This document shows, piece after piece, positions 24,385 through 35,163 of a stretch of DNA of 64,000 nt. Each line of letters begins with the position of its first letter. Within the stretch, counting starts at the first letter, position 1. Below the pieces are notes generated by a model. The model saw nothing but the letters and a program-made list of their open reading frames with translations. It did no database searches and had not been told where the DNA came from. The translations under genes were made by a program, and so were the position numbers. Source of the DNA: Patellaria atrata CBS 101060 (taxonomy: Eukaryota); contig MU006093.1 in NCBI GenBank assembly GCA_010093705.1, positions 765,301 to 829,300 of the forward strand, read 5' to 3'.

Positions 24385-25718
24385 CAATACACGAATTTAA
24401 AAAACGGCACGAAGGGCGGCAACTTGTGATTTTCCAAGCATTACGACGACCTTATGATGATACATGGCATGTTACCACGCGGAAGTGCATCTACGACCGT
24501 ACTCCAACATATCACTTCATATTTTTATGTCTATTTCGCTTTTTTTTTTCCCTTCTCATTTAATGGCGGAGGTAATATTCTTTTACACGCTTAGTTCCAG
24601 ACAAATGACTCTCACCGAATCTAATGTCTTAACCCATTTATGATGACCTTCAAAAATTTCAGTCTCTACTCTCCTACCATGTCCTCTTCTCATATGTATT
24701 ATATAACGCCTTTGACGTTTACGACGCGCCCCATCCGACGCATCTTTACAGACACGCTTTTTTTTTTCCTTCTGCTCATATCCATTCCTTAGATTTTCGT
24801 CTGTAGAGATTTTATCTCTTTCACTGCTTGCAAAAGCGCATGTACTTTGATAAAATGTTGGATTCCATACGTACGTCGTTACGGTATTGTCCTCGTTCCA
24901 GAGAGGATCTGCGTTTGGCTTGATCTTGGCTATTGTTTTTTCGATCTGCTATAGATAACAGCCGTGTTAAGTCTAGGTTGATCGACGAATATTGGTCAAT
25001 CGATCGAACATCGAAACCTTATATCAACGGCACTTCTTCTGGTCAACATTGACTGCGGCAAACAATCGACTGTTAGGTAGAGGAATGCATGATTTACATT
25101 TGATATGGTGTTATTTTATGGTGTTACACTCTTGCGAGAACATGTAACTGAGCTGCAGGTTCAACCATCGTTTATGTCAGCGTCCAACAACTTTCTATCT
25201 CAATTGAAAGTTGCTATGCAATGCACGATAAGGCTATTAGTTACAGGTCATCGCCACATGATACTTCTGACTTATTGTTTACCAGTCTCCACCTCCCTCC
25301 CGCGACCTTCGCAAGTAATACTCATTGGAACAAGAACGGTTTTCATATGGAACAGTTTCACATTCTAGAATATTTCTCGTGGATTTGTCTTACTAGAGTG
25401 TTCGTTCAAACACTGCATGGTGTATGTTTGTTTGAAGAGGAAGAGAGCCTTTACTTAGACGGAAGGAATCATTATCTCAGGGAACGTCGACGCTTAGATT
25501 AAGGAAGACTTTTGCTTTTCCCAAAGTGAGGTATTCTCACTAATACTAACACAATATTGCTGATACAGGTACAGCACATACAGTTAAGAAACCAAGTGCA
25601 AACGATCAATCCGAACCAACCTCCTTACACGAATATTTTTTTTTATCAAAGGAACACAGATCAATTGGACCTCATTTCAAACCGTTCCCCTCCGCGATAA
25701 TTCGTAGACTTCAATAAT

Positions 25719-26806
25719 CTAAACAACCTCTGGGGGTGGTGAAGGCCGAGTCGGTGGTCTTATATAAGGCCAGCCCTCTGGTTCGCCAGGTTTTCCCGCT
25801 ACTTCACTATCACGGGCCTTTAGAGGAGTGTAGCAACTCCCTCCTGCCGGTATGCCGTGATTCTTGCAATCAACGGACCCAGATAGACCACGTTTGACGG
25901 CTCCTGGAGGCGTAGGATAAGCCGGGTTTGGCGCCCCGGGAATATACACAGGAGTTGGCGGCCTGGGAGGTCGAGAAAGCACTTGCGGTTCACGCTTGTT
26001 GAGAGGTGGATTCGGTTCTTTAATCTCCTCTAGTTTCTTTTTCTTCATTTCAGCCAGAGTGTGGCGTTGGTACTCAGTTAACCCCCCGAACTGTTCAACG
26101 TCAGTTGCAATGTCGACGGACCTCTTAGGACGGCTGTGTACACTCACCCTGTTATCGATATAAGGGAAATTTATACCTGGGCTGAAAATTCCGTAGTTCA
26201 AGGGAGCAGCGAGACTGCGAAATTTATGTGTTAGCTTCAGAGTCATCGACAAGACTGTACGCATCCACTGCTTGAGTAACAATAAGGATATTTCGATAAC
26301 AGGGAAACTTGGTCGAGGCTTCGGTGGTATCAGGAACAGCGATCTTGTCGGAGGCCCAGCTACGCGCTTGCACGACCCTAAATGTGCTACAGAGATGGTA
26401 CACCGAGCGTTGCGTCTCGTGTATGCTGCTGTACGTCGTGTACTGCAGCGGAGGAAATCTGGTGTCGCTTCGCGTTCCCAGAATCGAAATTTCAGTACCG
26501 TATAGTGCTGCTGCAGCGCCTCGTCTCTTTTATTTGGATACAGAAATACCCCGATATACGAACAAACGATACGGAGTACCTTTGCCGCACTGGTACAGCA
26601 GCCTGTCACCTGTTCACCAAGCACCAGACTGATATGGGCTTGCACTGCAGACCGGGGCCAAAGTGTATTGTGAAAGCAGATACACAATCCGGAACGACAG
26701 CATATGAAAGCGTAGACGACCAAGAAGGAAAAGAAAAGTACACTCACGTGCTCCAAACGCCCCAAAGGGCCACGATGAGCATAATGCTCAATCCGCTAAT
26801 TCTCAT
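25719..26806 (-). CDS. Small secreted proline-rich precursor (184 aa) with dibasic Kex2-type sites
   Basis: Exon 1 (26806-26748) MRISGLSIMLIVALWGVWS + GTGAGT donor; 533-nt intron ending GCTAAC...CGCAG; exon 2 (26214-25719) restores the frame as TLA/APLNY. KR sites at RPKR, LNKR and AVKR. Confidence 0.7.
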
Positions 26807-27439
26807 TTTGTTAGTACTGTTGATTGAATATCGCGAGCGAGAGAAAGGAAGACTAAAGTAATCTGCAGGGACAGCTCGCAATACTTATAGGTGCTCTAGT
26901 CAACGTTGATCCGACTTTCTCGCGTTGTTGTTATTACCGACACGATTCGTGGTTCGGCTTCGTCATGGATTCACTAGTACCGGTCTACTAATCGACGGAA
27001 GGCCGTTTTGCCAACATTCATTTGTGCATATGAGATTTCGTGGGGCGTGGCGATACTTTGTACGGTAAAATCATATTCACTAAGATGGTGGACTGCTATC
27101 ATATATGTTATGGAGTGGTGGACTACAATCCATAATGGGAACTACGTGGTCTCGTTCCTGGATATCGCACGCGTCGAACTCGTGTTACCACCATCGTACC
27201 TGAGATCGCGGCATAACATTGATATCAGCTTCTGCACCTCGTCGGACTCTCAAACCAGTAAAAGTAGGATGCCCGCGTATCACATGCGCCAAACCTGCTA
27301 CCGTGGTGCGCGAGCTCTCAGCAAACCATTTAACTCCTCATCAGACACCACGATCAGACCCTCAAAACACCAATTACTAAACGCCAGAGACTCCTCCGCC
27401 AATCTCATACCTCTACTCCATTTTCACTACGGCTTTTGT

Positions 27440-28847
27440 CTAGAAATAAGCCAAAGCATTTGTACTCTCCGTCAACGGCCACAGCGCAAACCAGAATCCC
27501 CAAGCTCCCGCCACGAGCAATGCATAATACGTCATAGTCCAGCCCACGCCCAAGCCCTCATCTTCGATCCTCTCCCTCCCACTCCTTCTATCATCCCTCT
27601 TCCCTTCTCCCCTCACGTCCGGCGGTCCTAACGGTACACCCGCTTCCACGCCTACGCGCCCCCACATCCTAGGCAGACCCATCCAGTTACAGAAAGTGTG
27701 CGCGAGGATACAGGGCCAGAGGCTACCGGTGCGGATGAACAGGAAGGCGGCGAAGACACCGAAGAGGGAGGTGTAGGCGAACTGGAAGAGAGAGCGGGCG
27801 AGGGCTTTCAAAGCGGGCGTGTGCGGGTGCGTCAGGCGAAACTCGTAGAAGTGGTGGATGTGGGCGATGCCGAAGTAGAGCGGGGTCAGGAGGGTGGTGC
27901 GCAAGGGGGAGTGGTGGGAGAGTAGGTGGAGTGGGATGAGGAGGGAGCGGAAGAGGAGTTCTTCCGTTATGGGACCCTGTGATTTAAGGGTAAGTAGGGT
28001 GTATTTAAAATTGGACTATTTGGGGAAAGGAGAGGACACGTACGGCGACGAAGTTTCGCCAGCCGATCCATGCGCCCAGCACTTCGGATATGTAATGGCC
28101 CTTGAGCCAGTGTCGCCATTCGCCTTCCGCGATACCACGTTCGAAGAGCGGGCCGATGAAGAGGATGGAGACGAGTAAGAGTGCCTTTCCGATTTCGAGC
28201 GGGGCGATGGGCCACCAGCCCAGCAGCTTCAGGGCATCGAGCGGCTCTGCGTGGCCGTGTTGGATGATGACGTAGAGGGTTAGTATGGAAGTCAGTATGC
28301 AGGAGGTCCAGACGGCGCGTATTCGTGCGCGTATGACAGAGGGAGCATCGCGATGGAGTTGCGGCGAGGGTCGGGTCGCTTTGGAGAGGTAGAAGGGGAG
28401 GACGTAGATGATCGTGAAGAGGATCTGGTAGAGATGAGCGAGCGTTGAGGGAGATAAAGATGTTTTGCTATAGATCAGATGAATATATTATGACCCTTTA
28501 ATTACCAACTACTTTTCTAGAATGAATGTGAGGGGAGGGGAGGGGTAACCGGGTAACTTAGAGCATGGTGGTGTGGGAGGGACGTTCAACTCACCGATAG
28601 GACGGCAGCCAACCGGGGTGCAATTGCGGGTTCATGTTTAGCTGGTAAACGTGTTGATCAGTGAGAAGGTCCTCATGAATGTAAGAGAAGCATGCAGGGA
28701 GACATTTGGGAGGGTATTGGTGCAAAGCGGTTGCGAAGCGTTTCATGTCGCAAACCCCCTCAACCAGTGAAATAGCGACGTACGGGACTCTTTGGAATAG
28801 AGGCTCTTCAGAGACTTGAGCCGGTGGAGCAGGTCGATAGGCGCCAT
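27440..28847 (-). CDS. RCE1: CAAX prenyl protease 2 (Rce1/Abi family)
   Basis: Motifs GPITEELLFR, FGIAHIHH, QFAYTSLFG, HTFCNWMGLP. Start MAPIDLLHRLK; several introns. Confidence 0.93.
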
Positions 28848-30039
28848 ATTGACGATCGGTAACGGGAGGGAAATGGTTTTATCAAGGGTATGGGAGGATA
28901 TATTATTTATGGGAAACGCGTTTTTTGTCCTCCTCCCTCTGCTTTTCGTTGTGAATTCTACAATCTTCGTCACGTCACGTCCTTGTTGCGAGCAAGGCGA
29001 CCCTTCTCTCTCCCGGAGCCGCACTACTTGATCCCTTACACGAGGCTTAGGCTGCCGTTCCGACCAGGGCGCCAAAAACGGGGATCAGGCCGATCGAAAA
29101 AACCCGAAAAGAAAAATAAAAAATATCCGAGAGCCGAAGAGACGGTTAGAGCTAGTTGCCGGATTCAAAAAGACCAGGCCAAGTTTGGTTAGAAGCTGGA
29201 GTTTTTATTCTTAGGATATCCTCGGAGAAAGAAAAGGGCCGAGGAACGAACCATCGAAGGAGGAAAGACGAACCCCTGGACCCCTCGACCCCTGAAGGCT
29301 TGCTTGACAGCTGGCACATCTTGGCGTGCCACACGATCTCGTGCTACGCTAGAAAGAGAAACCCATCTGACTGGTCAATTCCCCGAATTTCTCATTTACA
29401 CCTCGACGCGACTCAACGCGTTCAGATTCATTTTCGCCATCGACAGAGCGGACCGTTACGACTTATCGATTGTAGATATACGTACGATAACGATTTTAGG
29501 GGGAACTTCTCCTCTGCGGGACTGAACTGTTCATTCCATTTTTACTTTATTTTTCGAAGCTTAGACCTGTTCGAACCGTCAGAAAAGAAACTTGTTCTTC
29601 AACACTTTTTGCGACATCTTTTGTCTCCAGAATAATTCTTCAAGATTCGGTTATTGATTGGACGAAGAGCTGCGACAACTCTCGGGTACCTGGGGTTAAG
29701 CTGCAGCGCACTGACGTCTCGACGACCATTCGGAAATCTTGTGCATACCGCCATATGGCCTCCTGAGTTTTAACCTCCACACCTCCGCCCAACCTCTTTT
29801 TTTCGAAAGAACATATTCCTCATCTTATGACCTTACTGTCAATTTGTCACTCTTTTGACTTATCATGTTGTACTAATTCTTCCTGTCGCTCATTAAGACT
29901 CAGACCATTTTTTGGACCGCTCTTTCCTGTCTCTCTTTGACTAGATATTTCTCTCTTTTTTTTTTAATGTCTTTTACGATTTCTCCTTCCCTTTTTACCT
30001 TATATTACCTCGATTTATATTTCCTACAAGTTCAACAAC

Positions 30040-32239
30040 ATGTCTTCGACCCCGCCAATCCATTTTACACCGCGTTCACAATCACCAAAGCGCTCGCCGA
30101 AACCCTCTCCGATACGGAGGCCTTTGCACGAACGGTCACCCTCTCAGTCCAATGAGCGACTTGGTCCGACGATACGCATAGTTCAGGACGAGGACGCTGA
30201 GATATACTCAAAGAATCCGTTTCCGAGTCATCCGTCGCATATACTGAGTCCGCATAAGAATGGCCCGTTCGTGTTCGAGGACAGGGGTCTCAGCGTTTCA
30301 GATCCGCCAACCACCAGCAATGCCTTGTCAAAGGCTGAACCCAGCGAAAACCTGATACCGAAACCATTACAGTTACGCAAGGTCAATCGAGCATCGACCT
30401 CGACCACCACATCGGATCCCGAAACGCTGACGAATTATGGCTCACCGTTTTCTCCCTCCTCCAGCCGCTTTTCACATGGGACAAGTCCCCCGTCCTCCCC
30501 CCCTCCACTTCCAGATGATCGGATAGGTGGATTAGGTTTACATGATGATGTCTACAGTGGCAAGAGACCTACGATAAGAGCTATTATACCGTCTAGTTCT
30601 ACGTTTGGAGGGGACACTCTGATTTCATCAAAACGGTCAACACTCGATAACCAGCCAAATTTAATAAAGAAGATATCTGAAGCATCTCTTGCATCATCAG
30701 CTTCTTCGGACACCTTTAGTTTGCGTAAACATGATGACCGGAGGAACTCGTCAAATATCAGCGTAATCACCTCCCCTCGAAACTCCAATCGTCATTCCAC
30801 ACCAGAATCTCGCCGTACCTCGAAGCAGGCTTCTTCCGCATCTCGGGCTGCGCCCAAACCTGTTCTTAAGAAATCGGAAGAGTCTTTTTCTACAGCTAGT
30901 ACAACACCTAATTGGACGATTGATCGTCCCAGATCTGCTTCCAGCCCGACAACTCCTTCACATGCAGTCCAAACCTCTGTCACTAGCGGGGCTAAGATCC
31001 AATATCCGGTCATCAGACAGCCCTCTGCGAGTGGCTCGTGGGCAGAAACATCGAGTACAACCCTAAAGAAACGATCACCCCGGATGAATGAGCCGCCGGA
31101 TCGAGCGCTACAGCGGAATTCCAAACTTTCGACTATCCCATCTGAATCTGAGCCTCGGAGTTCGCAGTCAATAGCTGAACCGTCACATAGTTCGAATAAT
31201 AGGAGAAGACAGACAATTGCTAGTATAGCTTCTTCGAATGAGGTAACTCTACCCAGCTCTCCTAGCGAAACTTCGATACCTGTGCCGCAACCTCTCTTTT
31301 CGCCACGGCAGGAATATCTTTCAGAACCTGGTCGGGATTCAGATGAGCGCGATGATATCGTTTCGGAATTGCGGTCTCCTCCACCGCTACGTCAGCAAAG
31401 ATCTGGATATCTCAGTCAATACTCGGCCGATTCACGACCGAGCTCCCAGAATTCCCAACGCTCCGCCTATACCACTTTCCTGTCGCAAACCCTACCAGAT
31501 TGGGCTCGGACGTACTATCAAAAAGGCGATAGAAATTCGCTTGGTGCTCCAGACTCGTCAACTGAGTCATCGGATAGTCGAGTCAATACAGCACAAAGCG
31601 GACCATCCATATCCCCTTCCGAAGCTAACTTTCCCCTGAGTATCTTTCGGCCGCGAAACAGACCCCACGCTGGACATGCTCTAAGTTCAAATCCGGTCGG
31701 ATCTCTTCGTAACTCCATGATCATTTCTGAAGCTCCATTAGACGACGAATCATACGTAATAGCTCCTCCGATACGGCACATCTCTGAATCATTCACCCCC
31801 AGACTACAGCGGGATAGACGGAGCACAGCAGTATTGAGCGCGTGGCGAGCGCCAAGTTTCGACGAATCGTTTACATCCCTCTTCTTCAGCCGTGGAAATC
31901 GCCAGATTCTGTTATTCTGCATAGGCTTCGTGTTTCCTCCCGCTTGGTGGATAGCCAGTTTCATGCCGCTACCGGCAAACCCAGGGTTGGATCTGTCGAA
32001 AGAAGCGACCGCCAGCCAGTTGGATATCGAGAGGGCCATGGCGAGAGAGTTGGGTCCGCTGGATGAGAGACGGTATCTCAAGGCATTGTGGTGGCGGAAT
32101 TTAAATCGAATCATGAGCTTTGTTGGTGCGGCGCTCGTTGCTGCAGTGGTGAGTTTTGAGTTTACGAGGATTGTTTGATAGGATGGTGAAGCTGATGATT
32201 GTGCAGATTACCCTTGCTATCATTGCGTCGCGGATGTGA
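30040..32239 (+). CDS. Serine-rich protein with C-terminal transmembrane segments (conserved fungal hypothetical)
   Basis: 712-aa S/P-rich ORF beginning with an RRPLHERS motif; C-terminal ILLFCIGFVFPPAWWIASF and WWRNLNRIMS; intron 32149-32206; short last exon ITLAIIASRM*. Confidence 0.8.
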
Positions 32240-33258
32240 TACCCCTCGTTCGACTTTTTGCATGGATTTATTGAACCTTTTTTGAGAGATCCCGCTCTCA
32301 CACTATCAATATCATTCCCATATTTCTCTACCCCCCACACCATCTTACTCAACGTATTTCTTATCTTAAACCCCCCCGCACCCCCCCGGATCTTACGACA
32401 TCTAAAAATCATCTACACTATTTACAACTTCCATATGTCTAATGTCTTTATGCTGCATGTCCACGTCTTTTTGATGGATAGATGCTTTTTCTTATGTACC
32501 TTGCACACCTTTGTAGTTGCTGTACACCTCATTCATCACTCATCAATTACTACCGACCTATACGATCTGTTACTATGATTCTCATCACGACCACCATATC
32601 TGATGTATCACTTACTCCGACCCATCACCCTCTCTCACGGTTCAAAGACCGTATATCATCATCTTATCTTATGCTATGAACACCACCTTAACCCCTCCCT
32701 TTCCCGTGTTCAGTTCTGTAAATCAGCGTTCCAGCGAACTTGCATTTTGCAGCGCCCCCTCATCCTTATCATCTGTTCTCCATAATCTGTACGAAAACCT
32801 CAAATTGGCAGCGGGGCGGTGGAGATGAGGCTATCGATCCGAAGAGGTCATTTTATGCACTGTAGTATTTGTAATGGCATTTATGATTCTTGTTTCTTTG
32901 ACCCCTTGAGAAAGGGGAATTGTATGTAGAGAATCGAAAACTTTTATCTATGCCTAATTAAGGCTAGATTGATATATTCGAGTCTTGCTCGCGGATTGTT
33001 ATATGTGGTGCGTGAGGATGCTATATAACGTCTCCGGCAATTGGACGAGACGGGGGGGAATCGAAAGTCTACTTCCACTGTCTGGGAGGGTTTATGTCGT
33101 AGGGCTAGTGCTGAGAGTGTCTGTTATGATCATTGCTACGTTCGATGATGTTTGGAGGGAGGTTCTGGATTCGGTTAGTGCGGTTTGTCTGTTATAAGTC
33201 CCCTGACGTTCGACGATGTTTTAAGATCCGGATATGTATTCGGATAGTATGGGGTTGG

Positions 33259-33281
33259 TCTCTCTCTCTCTCTCTCTCTCT
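33259..33281. repeat. (TC)n microsatellite
   Basis: About 11 perfect TC units. Confidence 0.9.
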
Positions 33282-33383
33282 TGTCAATCTCTTACTGTTC
33301 GGTGAGGTTTGAGACAGATTGTGTGATCTGCTTCGTTACTTGTTAGGCTGATTTCATATGGTCAAGGGGACTTTTTCGCGTGG

Positions 33384-33570
33384 TTGATGAACTTCTCACG
33401 GTGATGAACTTCCTTTGATTGATGAATTTCTCTGGTCGGTGAACTTCCCTTAATCCATAAAATTCCTTCTGACGATGATCTTTCCTCGGTCAACGACCTT
33501 TCTCTTAATAAACTTCCTTTAGTTGATTAACTTCCCCTAGTCGACGAACTTTCCCAATGAACTTCTTCCC
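33384..33570. repeat. Degenerate ~18-bp minisatellite (consensus ~TGATGAACTTCCYTTRRT)
   Basis: Recurrent gatgaacttc / ggtgaacttc / gacgaacttt / attaacttcc cores at ~17-19 bp spacing, about 10 units. Confidence 0.75.
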
Positions 33571-33572
33571 TA

Positions 33573-33695
33573 CCAAGACTTTCAACGAATATTGTGCCTC
33601 TATTACCCAATCCGGTAATACCATAATATCATGATATTGATGGTAGAGCTAACCGGATGAAGTAATAAGAGAGGTAATATTCGTTGAACGTCTGG
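33573..33695. repeat. Imperfect long inverted repeat (hairpin)
   Basis: ttcaacgaatatt...cctctattac...atccggt...taccat aatatca | tgatatt g atggta...accggat...gtaataagagagg...aatattcgttgaa; nested complementary blocks around a central palindrome. Confidence 0.8.
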
Positions 33696-33780
33696 CCAAC
33701 TTGGTCTAACAAGTTGAGCTTGCCTCAACTCTCCCATGTCGGACCAGTTGCGTTCTTAGGACAGAGAGTTGGCCTTATTA

Positions 33781-33913
33781 GATAGTGGACTTCTTGAGAT
33801 GGTGAACTTCTAACGATGGTGAATTTCTTACGATGGTGAACTTCTTACGGTAGTGAACTCGTCAGTTGTTAAACTCACCAGTTAGTAAAGTCATCAGTTG
33901 GTAAACTCATCAG
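33781..33913. repeat. Degenerate ~17-bp minisatellite (consensus ~GATGGTGAACTTCTTAC)
   Basis: gatggtgaacttctaac / gatggtgaatttcttac / gatggtgaacttcttac, decaying into ...gtaaactcatcag units. Confidence 0.75.
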
Positions 33914-35163
33914 ACCAAGCCAATATCAAGGAACAAGGAAAAAGACTAAGAACAAGGATAACTAAGTTACCCAAATAGGAAATAACCCCACGCACGGACG
34001 ACAACCCTCCACCATTTTTATAGACACTTCACTTGGCGACGCGTTCGATCCCACTGCTTGTTAAGGTAACACGCCCAATACAGTATCGTACAGACGCTGC
34101 TTGCAGAGAGACGGGAGATGCAACCGTAATATAACGCGCGGAGACACTTATTAGTATCGGAAATAAAGTACTGTGAATCATAGAGCTCGGTCGATGTGTT
34201 TACCTAAGTTTTCCCTTTCATCATTGGTGTTTTCGACGAGGAGCTTGGACGTGTGTTCGGAAGAGAATTGAAGAGTTCCTGCAGCACGGTGCTAGAAAAT
34301 ATCGTTATAGCCAGACTTTGACAGGCAAGACGTTCGACGAAAATCGGACGGGCATTGCCCTCTCGGGTAAGGCTTCTTCATCCGTCCAACGTCCCGACGA
34401 CACCTCGTGTTGAGAATTGTACGACGTTTGATTTTTATTTTTTTGGAATTGAAGAGGCGTCACGATACCTTCCTAAAGATCTAGGTAAGAGATAGAAGGA
34501 CCCTGGTTATTCGCTGGGGCTGATTTACAGAAGTCAAGGAGTGCAGAACTACCCAGACGGAAGACGGGATCCATTGACGACGAGTTAATATACACATAAT
34601 TTGAGGCTTCCTAAGCTATTATGGATGAGATTTTACTCCCTCCAGTACTGTCAATTACTGGAATGGGTTAGGTGAACTCTTTCTGCAGTACGAAGTTAGT
34701 ACACCACATGTCGCACCAGGAGGCAACATTTACAACAACTTTTTATTACGCCAACTCGAGGTTAGCTACCCAACTAACTATATGGGTACAAATCTTTTTC
34801 CGCCAATCTGAAAATGAGAGTGCAAAGGAACAGAGTTGCAGTCAAAGTCAAACCCATCGATGGAAAAACAAGTGAGCAGCTACGCACACGGGCTGCTTTA
34901 CTTAGATGATAGAAGGCCTTCAAGCTGTCAACAACATACGTGTGAATAAGGGAAATTAAGTGTTCTGAAAACAGGCACAAAGCCAAAGGTAATTATGCCA
35001 ATCTGACAGCATGAAACATAAAGATCCTTGGGGTCTTTTCTTCTTTTTTCTGGTTTGGGGTCTTTTCCTTGCGGGTGTTTTACAGAAATGCTGCATATCG
35101 AAACTGGGAATTGATGAGATTGATGTACCAAGGCACAGAAGCAGATAAAGTTGATGATCGCTT

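Noticed and set aside
26215..26765. N-terminal ~180 aa of the 348-aa ORF as real protein
   Set aside because: It has a TTG start and non-protein-like composition. Canonical splice signals give a better model with a signal peptide.
28532..28553. GGGGA-repeat G4 motif in an RCE1 intron
   Set aside because: It is the complement of a pyrimidine-rich intron tract, which is common and has no further support.
33384..33913. CRISPR-like array
   Set aside because: Eukaryotic context, degenerate head-to-tail units with no unique spacers, and no cas genes.
34030..34080. tRNA T-loop-like GTTCGATCCC
   Set aside because: No cloverleaf stems or A-box could be built around it. No tRNA, 5S or snRNA gene was recognised in the window.
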